A DNA stretch of 64,000 bases from Mobula hypostoma (GCF_963921235.1 NC_086097.1:228782001-228846000); one strand, 5' to 3'. Shown: positions 1-13,567, counted from the stretch's first letter. Notes: generated from the sequence alone by a model not told the origin. A program made the numbers and translations.

Positions 1-860
1 CCAGCTGATAAACCATCCACCACTCTAAGTGTTAATTCCTTCCACCTCTAGGACATAGTGATACAAAACAAAATCCATTTATTCATCTAAACTAATCCAA
101 CATCTACTGCCAAAACTTATGCATCTACCACCAAGAAGGACAAGGGTAGCAAGTGCTTGGAAGCACCACCACTCATATATTCCCCTCCATGCCACACCCC
201 ATTCTGACTTGGAAATATTTCAGTTGCCCTTCCAACTTAAGTAACATCCTAGCTACCTGCTGACAGAGGCTAATTCTTGCAAAAGACGAAATAGTAATGT
301 GAGTTTTCCAGTCCTTTAATGACGCCAAGGTAATTTTGTACAGATACTGAGAATCTCAGGCAATGGAAAAATCAACGTTCACAATTGTGGGCACAACTGA
401 TAAAAGAGTAAGAATAAATCAGGTTCAAAGCCAAAATTTTGATGAAGGGCTTGATGATGGGATTTTTTCTTAACGTAAAGTGTATGGTGTGTGGAATAGA
501 TTTCCAGAAATAGTGGTAAAACAAAAGTCCTGTATTTTTATTTAAGGATTCATTGATTGCATTCAGGCCTTGAAGGGTTGATGAATTTAAACAAGCCGAA
601 TAACATTCTTGCCGGATATAGTCTTCGGAAAGAATGGAAAAGCATGGAATCTTCAAAATTATGTAAGGTAGCAAATGACGCAGAAAAATCTGGACGAAAA
701 TGCCTCTGTTGCATAGAAACACACATTCAAGCAGTAATAAGGAAATTCAGTGTATTGGGCTTCTAGGTAGTGTTATTGAGGTGCCTGAGAAACAGCTGAC
801 TTCTGAGTTGGGACATCGCAGATACTTTCTGGATCAATGAGCAGGAAAGCCCCTCCTCAC

Positions 861-967
861 AAACTCATCATATGAGAATAATAGGGCTGCTGCTTTTGGC
901 ATGGTGCCGACTGGTTGAAATTGCTCAAACATTTACGCTTGTCGACTGTCCATGCAGGAACGTGTGC
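861..967 (-). CDS. Candidate exon
   Basis: TCTCTTCTCATCCAACAATGTTCAG acceptor, TT|GTGAGG donor; single open frame AHVPAWTVDKRKC... Confidence 0.2.
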
Positions 968-1494
968 CTGAACATTGTTGGATGAGAAGAGATCTATAAT
1001 AATCTGTGACTGATTGATTTTAGTCATGTATAGTTTACACATGAAGAGTAGTTGCTTGGGTCCACAGGTATATGCCACAGAGAGTCAAAATAACACTAGA
1101 GAGAGAAAATATCTTTTAGCATCTGAGTGTCACTGGCAGAGTCAGCATCTACTATTCCTCCCTAATTACCCTGAGAAAGTAATAGTGATCCCCTTCTTGA
1201 GTGGCTGCAAACCATCAGAGAAAGATATTCCCACCATTCTGGTGAACAGTGAATTTCAGGATTTAGTCCCAGCACTGATTCTGGGCAAAAGTGATACATT
1301 TCAAAGTCTAAGCAGTGTATGACTTGAAGGGAATCAACAGGTGATAATGTCCCCATGCACCCGAAATACTTACAGAAAAGCATACAAGCATAGAAATGTC
1401 CCCACTAACCTGCTGTTTGTTTTAATAGGATCATTGTTAATTAGATTGTAAATGTGGCACTGCATTGCTATCTTTCCAGAGTAGTATTTCACCT

Positions 1495-2175
1495 CACAAA
1501 CACGAGGAAATCTGCAGATGTTGTGTGACTTTACAGTAGAGTACTCCTCTACTGTAAAGATCGCTGAACACCTACGCTCTGTCCGCCAGAGAAAGCAGGA
1601 TCTTCCGGTGGCCGCACATTTTAATTCCACGTCTCATTCCCATTCTGATATGTCTATCCATGGCCTCCTCTACTGTAAAGATGAAGCCACACTGAGGTTG
1701 GAGGAACAACACCTTATATTCCGTCTGGGTAGCCTCCAACCTGATGGCATGAACATTGACTTCTCAAACTTCCGCTAATGCCCCACCTCCCCCTCGTACC
1801 CCATCTGTTATTTATTTATATGCACAAATTCTTTTTCTCTTTCTCCTTTTTCTCCCTCTGTCCCCCTCACTATACCCCTTGCCCATCCTCTGTTTTCCCC
1901 CCTCCCCCTTTTCTTTCTCCCTAGGCCTCTTGTCCCATGATCCTCTCATATCCCTTTTGCCAATCACCGGCCCAGCTCTTGGCTCCATCCCTCCCTCTCC
2001 TGTCTTCTCTTATCATTTTGGATCTCCCCTCCCCCTCCCACTTTCAAATCTCTTACTAGCTCTTCTTTCAGTTAGTCCTGACAAAGGGTCTCGGCCCGAA
2101 ACGTCGACTGTACCTCTTCCTAGAGATGCTGCCTGGCCTGCTGCGTTCACCAGCAACTTTTATGTGTGTTGCTAA
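1495..2175 (+). mobile_element. Penelope-like retroelement, 5'-truncated (GIY-YIG endonuclease C-terminus + pseudo-LTR)
   Basis: ORF 1518-1778 AEHLRSVRQ...PVAAHFNSTSHS...LEEQHLIFRLGSLQPDGMNIDF is the typical Penelope GIY-YIG tail. It is followed by a pyrimidine-rich 3' region and a hammerhead-bearing pLTR, has a short inverted pLTR piece at the 5' end, and is flanked by TATTTCACCT at 1485-1494 and 2176-2185. Confidence 0.85.
2074..2109 (+). ncRNA. Minimal type-I hammerhead ribozyme motif (core mutated CUGACAA)
   Basis: AGTC-CTGACAA-A-GGGT CTCG GCCC-GAAA-CGTC-GACT: stem I AGTC/GACT, stem II GGGT/GCCC, palindromic ACGT in place of stem III; one core base deviates from CUGANGA. Confidence 0.7.
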
Positions 2176-3167
2176 TATTTCACCTTCTTGCTAAAGAAAT
2201 AACTAATCACTTATACCTTAAAAATATTAAAAATACTTCTTTAACCAACTCCTGAGGAATAGAATTCTAAAATCTCATGATCCTCTGAGGAAAAAAATAG
2301 CCTCATTACTCTTAAAAGGGAAATTCCTTGTTTTTAATACTAAGCTCTAAGCTCCGGATTCTCCCATATGAAGGAGCATCCTTCTCACACCCACCACGTT
2401 TACATCACTAGATTAATATGAGATTAGTTTGTCAAATAATCTTAGCAAATGTTTCCAGTCTCTAGCAGACCGTAGACCATCTTATGTTCACGATGAAAGA
2501 CCATGAAGGAGGCAATGAACCATGAACAAAAGAAAAAGGCTGATTGCACGAGCAGCAGGAGCTCATTTCTATTCAATCATTTTTATGTAAAACTGATACA
2601 ATAATGTTAATATTTTTGGGAAAAAGATTTGCCTTCATACAAATTGCCTTCCACCAGCTGACAGGATAAAAAGGAGTTATTATCATAAATTAATTCTTTC
2701 TACAACCGGAGCTTGATTTTCACTTGAAAATAAGAGGTGAAAGTACAATTATGTCAACCCTGCAAACCGCCCCCTCCCCATGACTTGTGCAGGTAATGAA
2801 TTTTGAAGAATTGATCAAGTAATTTACTCTGTCATTTCAATTGTTCTATTTTCCTTGTATAACATTTATTTTTGTTATAAGCTTGTTCTACTGATGCATT
2901 CAATATTTCTGCCTGTGTGCTCTGTTTTGTGAACTGTAAACAGAATTTATCTCCAGAAGGTAACCTGATCTTTCTCACTATCAATTCCATGTATCCTCTT
3001 GGTCTGACTTGCCAAATGTTGATCAAAATCCTGTAAAAAAAAAAGGAATAGTTTCAAGAACAGTTTTATTATTATCCATCAAGGCTGAGGAAAGATATCA
3101 AGAGAATATCGATGGTAATTTTAAAATTTTCTGCACTGCAGTGAAAATGTTGTGTTGGAGTATTTTC

Positions 3168-3690
3168 AGAATCAGAATCAGGTTTATTATAACCAGCACC
3201 TGCCATGAAATTTGTTAACTTAGCAGCAGCAGTTCAATGCAATACATAAACATAGAAGAAAAAATATAATAATAATAATAATGAATATATTGAATAGATT
3301 AAAAATCAAGCAAAAACCAGAACTCATATATATTAAAAAAGTGAGGTAGTGTCCAAGGATTCAATGTCCATTTAGGAATCGGATGGCAGAGGGGAAGAAG
3401 CTGTTACTGAATCGCTGAGTGTGTGCCTTCAGGCTTCTGTACCTCCTACCTGATAGTAACAGTGAGAAAAGGGCATGCCCTGGGTGCTGGAGGTCCTTTA
3501 TAATAGATGCTGCCTTTCTGAGAAACTGCTCCTTGAAGGTGTCCTGGGTACTTTGTAGGCTAGTGCCCAAGATGGAGCTGACTAAATTTACAACCCTCCA
3601 CAGCTTCTTCCGGTCCTTGTGCAGTAGCCACACCCCACCCCCCCCCCCATACCAGACAGTGATGTAGCCTGTCAGAATGATCTCCATGGT
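3168..3690 (-). mobile_element. Rex1/Babar LINE 3' fragment
   Basis: ORF 3361-3771 ITVWYG...RKAASIIKDLQHPGHALFSLLLSGRRYRSLKAHTQRFSNSFFPSAIRFLN; (GATTCT)n tail after AATAAA on the minus strand. Confidence 0.8.
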
Positions 3691-4354
3691 ATTTGAACAT
3701 ATTGATCTGCCCTTGGTAAAGTCAATAAAATTGGTAATAACCTTAACTCTTTCAAATATGCGTATAAACATTATGACAGTATTACTCTTCCCATTACCTT
3801 CTTCTTCCCTAAAAATAATGCCCTTTCTAACCCCTGATCAATGCCTTTTTCATTAGCTTTAAACAGATTAAATAGGGTTTATTTTCTCCAACTTCCGCCT
3901 TTGAACTAATCCTAGGTTTTAATTTATGTGCGGCCCTTTAGAACCTTTGGAATCATTGTCCAATTCTATGTAACTGGATCACTGAAGTTATTCTAACCTT
4001 AATGAAGCAAGCCTGTCAGTGATCCAACTCACAAGAATCTTTCTCTTGTTTTATAATAAGTTACTGGGCCCATCTCTGAACCTCTTTAGTCTGGGATCTC
4101 AGGGGCCTTAAGGCAACCAGCTCATTACCACTCTCACAGCAGCAGCAAGGTGGACAAATAGTAATTACAGTCCTGAAGCAAAATATTGACTGAATATGAA
4201 AAATATAGAGAAATTAGTGCAGACTTTGCAAATCAGAGAGAAAGTGAATTCATATTGCAAATTGATGACCTTTGTCAGAACAAGAAAATATTTTTAGGCC
4301 ACACCTACTGCCTCACTCCAGTGATTCATCTTCACTCCTCACCTACAACATTGT

Positions 4355-4485
4355 CTGTGTGGAGTTTGTGCATTCCCTGGGGCCACAAGGGTCTCTCTGA
4401 GTTCTCTCGTTTTCCTTCCTTGACCCCAAAGATGCATAATTTGTTCAAATTAATTGGCCACTGCAAATTTCCTCAAGTGTGTACT
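4355..4485 (+). mobile_element. HE1/V-SINE-like fragment
   Basis: CTGTGTGGAGTTTG...GGTCTCTCTGAGTTCTCTCGTTTTCCT...AATTGGCCACTGCAAATT resembles the V-SINE core also seen at 40160-40300. Confidence 0.5.
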
Positions 4486-4644
4486 ACTCTGAGACTCACA
4501 GAATCAGAATCAGGTTTATTATCACTGACATATGTCATGACATTTGTTAAACAAATTTATTTAAACAGACAGATATAAAAGGCAAAACGAAAACAAAATA
4601 GTGAGGTAGTGTTCAAAGTCTAAAGTACATTTATTATCAAAATT

Positions 4645-5313
4645 GGGAGGAGAAGATGGAAATGCAACGCAGCACGGCCTCTCTGGTGAAACGATATCGT
4701 ATTTGTTAAATAAGGGCCGTGCACAATCCTGATTGGATGGAGATGGATGTGAGAAGCACAGAGGAACATCTGGAGAAACTTCTGAAATGCCCGGTTTGTT
4801 GCCGCTGCTACTGTGCGATCGAGAATCTCCGGAGGGAAGGCCCCAAATCCTCAGCTTTGCCTGTTGCTGGTGGCCGGGGCTGGGGTCAAAGCGCTCAGCA
4901 GAGATGGTGCTCGGTGCTCGGTGTCGGAGGGCTGGTCGGAGGCTCGAAGTTTTCGGACGGACTGAGAGTCAGACTATGGTGGGGTGCTTCCAGGTTGCTG
5001 CATTGGCAAGTTTGCAGCGCTGGAAGCTCATGGTGGGAAGAGTTTTCTTCCTTCTACTATCTGCGTGAGATGTTGGGACTTTCGAGAGACTTCGAGACTT
5101 TTTTTTACCGTGCCCATGGTCTGTTCTTCTATCAAATTACGGTATTGCTTGCACTGTTGTAACTATACGTTATAATGATATGGTTTTTGTCAGTTTTCCA
5201 GTCTTGGTCTGTCTTGTGTTTCTGTGATATCACACTGGAGGAACATTGTATCATTTCTTAATGCAGGCATTACTAAATGACAATAAAAGAGGACTGTGTG
5301 TCCTTATAATCTA
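4645..5313 (+). mobile_element. Non-autonomous retroelement (~670 bp), family with 3 copies in window
   Basis: Starts GGGAGGAGAAGATGG and ends AATAAAAGAGGACTGTGTGTCCTTATAATCT; homologous to 40301-40657 (+) and 58730-59370 (-). Confidence 0.75.
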
Positions 5314-5407
5314 AAAAAAAAGTATACATTATACGACCTTGAGATTTGGCTCCTTACAGGCAGCCGCAAGAAACACAAAAGAGCCCATTAAAATAAAAGA
5401 GCCCATT

Positions 5408-5846
5408 TTCAGAAAAGATTCATGAAAATGATAGGGTTACCATATGAGGAATGTCTGGCAGCCCTTGGGCTGTATTCCCTGGAGTTCAGGAGAATAAAAG
5501 GGGAATCCATAGAAACATTCTGAATGTTAAAAAGCCTAAACAGATTAGATGTGGCAAAGTTATTTCCCGTGGTAGGGGAGTCTAGGACAAGAGGCACAAC
5601 TTCAGGACTGAAGGACTTCCATTTAGAACAAAGATGCAGAGACATTACTTTAGTCAGAGGGTGGTAAATCTGTGGAATTTGTTGCTATGAGTGGCTGTGA
5701 AAGCCAAGTCATTTGGTGTATTTAAGGCAGAGATAGATATTCTCTTGATTAGCCAGGGCATTAAAGGATATGAAGAGAAGGGTATGGAAGAATTGGATCA
5801 AGTAGGCCCAATAGCCTACTTCTGCTCCTATATCTTATGGTCTTAT
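5408..5846 (+). mobile_element. CR1 LINE 3' fragment
   Basis: Degenerate ORF2 C-terminus (LGLYSLEFRR...FSQRVVNLWNLL) and TATGGTCTTATG tail. Confidence 0.8.
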
Positions 5847-6047
5847 GAAAAAAAAGACTAACGAACACCCAATGCACAAAGAGGAAAAAAAACAAATTGT
5901 GTAAACAATAAATGCAAGCAAACAGTATTCAGGACAAAAATGAGTCTACAGACACAAAGCCTCCAGCAGCCAGAGCAGGCCCAGAGCCTCAGCCTTGGTG
6001 CAGTAAAGAGCAGAGCAATCGTCACAGAGCAGCAAGGATTCAAGGAC

Positions 6048-7910
6048 AATTCAGAAATCTGAAGGTGGGGAGAAGAAGCTGTTTCTAAAATGTTGAGTGC
6101 AGGTCTTCAGGCTCCTATACTTCCTTCCTTATGGCAGTAATGAGAAGTGGGCATGTCCTGGGTAGTGGGTGACCTTACAGATGGATGCCATCCTTTTGGA
6201 GAGGCTAATGCTTATGATGGAGCTGGCTGAGTTTGCAACCCTCTGCAGTTTTTTTTTCTGATTCTACACATTGGCACTTCCATACCAGACACTGATACAA
6301 CAATTTCAAATGCTCTCCATGGTACATCGGTAGAAATTTGCTCATCTTTAGTAACATGCCAAACCTCCTCAAACTCCAATGAAATACAACCATTGGAATG
6401 CATCAATATGTTGGGCTTGAGATAGATCTTCAGTGATGTTGCACCCAGGAACTTGAAGCTGCTCCCCCTGTCCACTACTGATCCCTTGATCAGGACTGCT
6501 GTGTTCTCCCTTCCTGAAGTCTACAATCAATTTCTTGGTCTTAATGATGTTGAGTAAAAGGTTATTTTTGCAACACTATTTACTCAGCCGATCTATCTCA
6601 CTCCTGTGTGCCTCCTCATTGAATTTGCCTTATTGAATTTTTTGAGCATGTGACTAAACACATTGATGAAGGAAGAGCCGTGGATGTAGTTTATATGGGT
6701 TTCAGCAAGGCATTTGATAAGGTATCTCGTGCAAGGCTTATTGAGAAAATAAGGAGGCATGAGATCCAAAGGGACATTGCTTTGTGGATCCAGAACTGGC
6801 TTGCCCACAGAAGGCAAAGAGTGGTTGTAGATGGGTCATATTCTGCATGGAGGATGGTGACCAGTGGTGTGCCTCAAGGATCTGTTCTGGGACCCTTACT
6901 CTTCATGATTTTTATAAATGACCTGGATCAGGAAGTGGAGGGATGGGTTAGTAAGTTTGCTGATGACAAAAAGTTTGGGGGTGTTGTGGATAATGTGGAG
7001 GGCTGTCAGAGGAGCAAATCCGGGCTGAGAAGTGGCAGATGGAGTTCAATGCAGATAAGTGTGAAGTGGCTCATTTTGGTAGGTCAAATATGATGGCAGA
7101 ATATAGTATTAATGGTAAGACTCTTGGCAGTGTGGAGGATCAGAGGGATCTTGGGGTCCAAGTCCATAGGATGCTCAAAGCAGCTGTGCAGGTTGACTCC
7201 GTGGTTAGGAAGGCTTATGGTGTATTGGCCTTCACCAATCGTGGAATTGAATTTAGGAGCCGAGAGGTAATGTTGTAGCTATATAGGACCTTGGTCAGAC
7301 CCCACTTGGAGTACAGTGCTCAGTTCTGGTTGCCTCACTACAGGAAGGATGTGGAAACCATAGAAAGGGTGCAGAGGAGATTTACAAGGATGTTGCCTGG
7401 ATTGGGGAGCATGCCTTATGAAGACAGGTTGAGTGAACTTGGCCTTTACTCCTTGGAGCGACAGAGGATGAGAGGAGACCTGATAGAGGTGTATAAGATG
7501 CTGAGAGGCATTGATCGTGTTGATAGTCAGAGGTTTTTTCACAGGGCTGAAATGGCTGCCAGAAGAGGGCACAGGTTTAAGGTTCTTGGGAGTACCTACA
7601 GGGAGGATGTCAGGAGTAAGTTTTTTACGCAGAGAGTGGTGAGTGCATGGAATGGGCTGCCAGCAACGGTGGTGGAGGCAGATACAATAGGGTCTCTTAA
7701 GAGACTTTTGGATAGGTACATGGAACTTAGAAAAATAGAAGGCTATGGGTAACCCTAGTAATTTCTAAGGTAGGGACATGTTCGGCACAATTTTGTGGGC
7801 CGAAGGGCCTGTATTGTGCTGTAGGTTTTCTATGTTTCTATGCTTCTTCATTACCATCTGAGATTCCATTGTCAACAGTTGTGTCATTGGCAAATTTACA
7901 AATGGAGTAT
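6048..7910 (-). mobile_element. Rex1/Babar LINE fragment split by a CR1 insertion
   Basis: Rex1 3' sequence at 6048-6620 (SSFKFLG motif in ORF 6212-6475) resumes at ~7843-7910. Confidence 0.65.
6621..7842 (+). mobile_element. CR1 LINE, 5'-truncated RT pseudogene
   Basis: ORFs with [30 protein letters not shown] and VRPHLEYSAQFW; TTCTATG tail; imperfect flanking duplication CCTCCTCATT/CTTCTTCATT. Confidence 0.9.
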
Positions 7911-8281
7911 GTATCTGTGGGATGTTATGCTCACCCACAGCAAGGCCAATCTCCCGTTATTCCTGAAGCCGAAAGAATTACAACCCTTACTCCCACTTTT
8001 CACTAGGTATATGTCACCAAATGACACAGAAGAACTCAATGTTCCTCTCTTGCTTCTTCCCCTCACTACCACACCCCAGATGAAGTAATCCAGTCAGAGG
8101 TGATACTACCATTCCTAAACCACTCTGTGTGGGTGTTAAGGTCCACAGGGGATACACTCACTGAGTGAGCAGCAGTTTCAAGAGGCCAGCACTGGAAGGA
8201 GGAGAATTCCATCTGCCAGCCTGATCCACAGCATAGACTGTACAATTTCCCTTCAAAGGGGAATGGTTAAAGGGCATGTCC

Positions 8282-9005
8282 AAAGGGACTTGGGTGTCCC
8301 AGTGCAGAATTCCGTAAAGGTTAACTTGCAGGTTGATTCAGCAGTAAGGAAGGCAAGTGAAGTGTTAGTATTTATGTCAAAAGGACTGGAACATAAAAGC
8401 AAGGATGAATATTGAGGTTTTATGAAACATTAGTGAGACTAATTTTGGAATATTGTGAGCAATTTTGGGCCCCTTATCTAAGAAAGGACGTGCTGGCATT
8501 GGAGAGAGTTCAGAAGAGATTCACAAAAATGATTCCAGGAATAAAAGGGTTAATATATGAGGAGCAAATAATAGTCCTGGCCCTGTACTTGCTGGAGTTT
8601 AGAAGAATGAGGGGGGTGAGGGATCTTATTGAAACCTACCGAATATTGAAAGGCCTAGATACAACGGGGGTGGAGAGAATGCTATCAATAGTGGGAAAGT
8701 TGAGGTCCAAGGGGTACAGATTCAGAATACAGGGACGTCACTTTAGAACAGAGATGTGGAGGAATTTCTTTAGCCAATCAGTGGTGAATCTGTGGACTTT
8801 CAGAGATGGATGTGGGGGCCAACTCACTGAGTATATTTAAAGTTGAGGGTGATAAGTTCTTTATTAATAAGGAAATCAAAGAATACAGGAAGAAGGCAGG
8901 AGAATGGGGTTGAGAGGGAAAATAAATCAGCCATGATCAAATGGCAGTGCAAACTCAATGGGCCAGATAGCTTAATTCTGGTCCTACGTCTGATGGTATT
9001 ATGGC
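8282..9005 (+). mobile_element. CR1 LINE 3' fragment
   Basis: ORF 8412-8840 LVRLILEYCEQFWAPYLRKDVLALERVQKRFTKMIPG. Confidence 0.85.
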
Positions 9006-10179
9006 TTTTTCTCTCTGACATTTTGGTATCATATCTGTTACAAAAATAGTTGCTCATGCCATAAAAAATATTTTAACACAATAAATCATATTGCATATTT
9101 GCATATGACATCAACAGGACAAAAGAACTTTGAGATCTTTTGAATCGTTCCATATTGCATGTTGGAGAATGCATTAAATTGTGCGACTGAATTAATGAAG
9201 CTGAATTTTTGTAATATTTCTTCTAGCAGTCTGTTAGTTCAATGAGTGCTGTCTGCCACAGTTGTGCCAGTTGTGTCAACTCATCCAGCAAGAACAATGA
9301 AAGGAAGGAAGCTAGCAAACCTTTTTATATTTTTTAATTGATTCCTGGAAGATAGTTGTGTGCCTCCAATGCACAATGTCCTTCAATATCTGGTTAGAAT
9401 AAGGTGTTCATCAACCCTCTTTTAATTGAATGCCTTTGTTTTAACAGCTTCATACATTCGTGTGACGATTGAAAGTGAAACACAAAGGCAGGAATCAATG
9501 TCACAGGTACTGGCAAATGTCATTCAGCATTGCAAGCATACTCCTCCATCAATTAGGTTCTAGCCGGTCTGTATCTTGGACCCACTTAGCAGTCCACTTC
9601 TTTCCACACCCCACGGTGACAGACTGTGCAGGGAGTCAGCTTTGGAGTTGGCTTGCAATCAAATGCAGTATGAAGTGGAAGCAATCTTTTTGTCAGATTG
9701 GCTTGAATGAGCTGAAGTGGTGGGAAGGGGGTTCATAAAAATGCTAATTTTCAAAGGCTGTTCACACAGGATGGTATTGGTCATGAAAATATTTAATTAG
9801 AGGAAGATCTTAGTCAATCTACACAGCATTTCAACAGGGTGGTCAAATTGTGAAAGAATGATTTGACCATTAAAGGGTCAAGGTTAGTGATGGAAATGTA
9901 AAGCTGTGAGTCATAAAAGTACGTACAAGCATGTCAAGATGACAGGCAGAAGAAGACCAATTAGCCATTTGAGGTTTTCCATTCCAATTGAGTCCTACTG
10001 ACGATCGCAATCATTCTCACCCTCCGGTTTCAACTACAGTAGTTACATTACCTCAAGAAGGAAGCAAAAAAAAAAAAATCCACTGTTGCTATACTAAACA
10101 TGACAAGAGGTTTCTGATCTCTGAGGTACAAAAGCTTCCAGGTGTCTCAGTGAATAATTCACAAAAGACTAGTTTGTAG

Positions 10180-10655
10180 ATCATGCAAGTAATTAGGAAA
10201 AATAATGTAATGTTATTGGTTATTGCAAGGGGAATGGGATACAAAAGTATGGAAAATTTGCTTGGGTTATACGGAGCACTAGTGAAACCTCATTCACAGT
10301 ACTGGTCTTCTTGTTAAAGGAAGGATATGAATGTGTGGGAAGCAGTGCAGAAAATGTTTTCCATACTAACATCTGAAATGATCTGATAGTCTTACGCGAA
10401 TTGTTTGGGTAGGCAAGGCTCGATATGTTCCTGGAGTTTGGAAAGACAAGAAAGGACCACAGAAGTACTAAGGTCCTGGGACATCCTGAAATAATGAATA
10501 TGGAGAGCAGGCTTGCTTGTGTGAGAGTATCTGGAATCTCTTTTTAAAACAAAGATGAGGCAATATTTCCCCCTCAGAGGTTATCATCTTTTGGAAATCT
10601 TCTTCAAAGATTGATGGAAGCAAAACCTTTGGATATTTTTAAGACAATGGTAAAT
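10180..10655 (+). mobile_element. Old, degraded CR1 3' fragment
   Basis: Recognisable remnants such as GCACTAGTGAAACCTCAT and GAAGCAGTGCAGAAAATGTTT. Confidence 0.55.
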
Positions 10656-10679
10656 ACCCAACTTGGAAGGGAGAGTGGC

Positions 10680-11120
10680 TTGGGGTCAGACTAATAAGTA
10701 GGCTGTTCAGATCCTTTGCTTACTGGTTGGTCCATGCCATAAAAAAGGTTGGCAAGCCCTGAAGTAGATGGTTAGGGGTCAGATTAGTTGGCAGAAGGGT
10801 AGAGGTAGGATCAGTAGTAAAAATAAGGATCAGATTGATTGGTAGGGCTTTGGGGTCAGATTCAGTGGGTAGAAAGGAAGAAAGGGGAATCACATTGGTA
10901 GACAAAGGGGCTGGAAGGAGATCCATGGATAAGGGGAGTGATTGAAGTTGGACTGGTGGGTAGATGGATAAGGCTCATTGGCTGGAAGGGGAACTCAATT
11001 CAGATTAGAACATAGGAGAATAATGGCTATATCTGTGCTTATGGGGTTGGGATCAGATCCATGAAGTGAGGAGCTGGGGTCAGATTAGTGAATAGAGGAG
11101 CTGAAATCTGATTAGTCAAA
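10680..11120. repeat. Degenerate G/A-rich tandem-like repeat
   Basis: Recurrent GGGGTCAGA(T/C)T / GGATCAGAT motif (~10682, 10775, 10828, 10852, 11050, 11076); a short hAT-MITE-like piece lies near 10720-10762. Confidence 0.5.
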
Positions 11121-11403
11121 CAGCAGGAGGGTCTTCAACACTGGCCATTCCCCAAAGAGCCTTCATGGTTGTTAGGGCAGGGTTCTGTATCCATCAGCAC
11201 ACAATCCGGAATCTGAGAGAGCTCCGGTCTGCAGCATTCCACCATGGATGGCTCCTTGTTCTGAAGGATCAGCGGGATTTGGCAGAGCAGAGGGCGTTGA
11301 TGATCTTCCCAGAGCAGATGATCTTTGTCTCTGTGTGGTTTCCTAGGGACAGCTCATTCAGCTCATTCAGCTCAGACTATTGCACTGTGTAACTCTTTCT
11401 TAC

Positions 11404-11624
11404 CAACCACCAGATAAGATTTCGGTAATTCTTTGAAAGTTCTGTTGATGAGGCTTTCTGCCAAATAACTTTGACAGCTTGCTTGAGGAACAGTCCAAGA
11501 GGACTGGACACTCATCTTTCCAGCAAACCCCAGTGGAGCATCGTTTCAGATCAAAACTTTCAGGACAAAGATGTTCATCCGTGACAAGCCTATCGAGAAG
11601 AGATGGTCGTACAAAATGATCAAA
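11404..11624 (-). CDS. Candidate internal exon of an unidentified host gene
   Basis: Non-repeat island; ...TTCCATTTGGTTCAG acceptor, TG|GTAAGA donor; one frame open for 73 codons (FDHFVRPSLLDRLV...), the other two closed. No protein family recognised. Confidence 0.3.
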
Positions 11625-11672
11625 CTGAACCAAATGGAATATAGCAACATAGCCAGACCTATCCTCGATTTA

Positions 11673-12163
11673 CACTTGGTGGCCACCTTATTAGGTACAC
11701 CTGTACACCTGCTCATTGATGCAAGTATCTAATCAGCCAATCATGTGGCAGAAACTTAATCTATAAAAGCATGTAGACTTGGTCAAGAGGTTCAGTTGTT
11801 GTTCAGACCAAACGTCGGAATGGAGAAGAAAGTCACTTTGACCATGGAACAATCATCGGTGCCAGATGGGGTGGTTTGAGTATCTTGGAAACTGCCGACC
11901 TCCTGGGATTTTCATGCCAGTCTCTACGGTTTACAGAGAATGGTGTGACAAACAAAAAAGCATCCAGAGAGCAGTGGTTCTGCCGAGTTAATGTGAGAGG
12001 TCAGAGGACAATAGTCAAGCTGACAGGAAGGTGACAGTAACTCAAATAACCACGTGTTTAAACAGTTGTATGCAGAAGAGCATCTCTGAATCGAACCTTT
12101 AAGTGGATAGGCTACAGCATCAGAAGACCACACCCCTGGGGCTAATAAAGTGGCTATTGAGTG
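11673..12163. mobile_element. Tc1/mariner non-autonomous element
   Basis: TA-CACTTGGTGGCCACCTTATTAG ... CTAATAAAGTGGCTATTGAGTG-TA terminal inverted repeats with TA TSD; related copy in the opposite orientation at ~24273-24905. Confidence 0.75.
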
Positions 12164-12328
12164 TAAATCATGGCCAGGGTTGAATAGAATTAAAATGGCC
12201 AGCAGATATTTTTTAAAGATTACACCTATCAGTATTGATTTCAGTTTTTGTGATATATGTTCCTTTGATGGTCAGAATCAGAATTAGAATCAGGTTACAC
12301 TGAAGGAAAAGAATTAAACCATATAAAG

Positions 12329-13567
12329 CAGTGGTCCCCAACCACCGGGCTGCAAAGCAGGTGCTACTGGGCCGCAAGAAAACGATATGATTTGGCGATA
12401 GGAGTCAGCTGCATCTTTCCTCATTCCCTGTCATGCCCACTGTTGAGCTTGAACGCACGCGAGGTCATTATGTACGAGATGTCATGACCCACGCGTCATC
12501 CATGTCAGCGCGGGAAGGAGATCAACTCCTTGAGCTTGCAAATGACGGTGGGCTGAAAGGTATGTTTGACATAACATCTCTGCCGGCATTCTGGATCAAA
12601 GTCAAGGCTAAATATCCTGATAGCCACAAAAGCACTGAAAACGTTGCTTCCATTTCCAACGTATCTCTGCAATGAATGCAACGAAAACTAAATTGCGGAA
12701 TAGACTGGACATAAGGAACCCCGTTCGAGTATCGCTGTCTCCCATCACCCCTCGATGGCACCATCTTGTTGCAGGGAAACAAGCCCAGGGCTCCCACTGA
12801 TTCCGCGATATTGGTGTGTTGCAATGATTTTATATGTTCATACGGGGAAAATATGTGCTGTGTGTTTAATATCCAAACATTACTTAAAATGTTATGATGC
12901 TATTGACTTATAAGTGACTTACATAACCATATAACAATTACAGCACGGAAACAGGCCATCTCTGCCCTTCTAGTCCATGCCGAACGCTACTCTCACCTAG
13001 TCGCACTGACCTGCACTCAGCCCATAACCCTCCATTCCTTTCCTGTCCATATACCTGTCCAATTTTTCTTTAAATGATAATATTGAACCTGCCTCTACCA
13101 CTTCTACTGGAAGTTCGTTCAACACTTACTTCAAGCTCCCCTGTCCTCCCCTGATAATTGACTTATCACTATATTCATGCAAGGAAAATATGCGTTGTAT
13201 GCTTAATATTAAATTCATTAGATAAACCCTTTTAGAAACAAAATTGAGTGTATTAGCCACTTATCACCTATATTCTGGTCGTGATTAACACCCCCTACCC
13301 CCACACAGAATCGCCAAAAATGATTTGTAGAAAAAAATTGGCACGTATACGCAAACGCAAGTCACGCATGCGCACACAGGTGCCCGCGCAAGCCTTCATG
13401 GTCATGGTAGTCTTTCTCGGGGTAAACACAACGTATTTGACTGCTACTCTTGTCCGTTGGCAACCCTACCTCCGCCCCCCCCACCGCCCCCCCCCGGGTC
13501 GGCCGGTCTGCAAGAATATTGTCAAAAATAAACCAGTCCGCAGTGCAAAAAAGGTTGAGGACCCCTG
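12329..13567 (+). mobile_element. hAT (Charlie/Buster-like) deletion derivative
   Basis: TIRs CAGTGGTCCCCAACC / GGTTGAGGACCCCTG; perfect 8-bp TSD ATATAAAG (12321-12328, 13568-13575); transposase C-terminal remnant QLLELANDGGLKGMFDITSLPAFWIKVKAKYP; contains a CR1 tail fragment at ~12925-13122 (-). Confidence 0.9.

Noticed and set aside
4719..5175. Novel protein ORFs recurring at 40380 and 59073
   Set aside because: Reading frames are not conserved between copies of this non-coding repeat.
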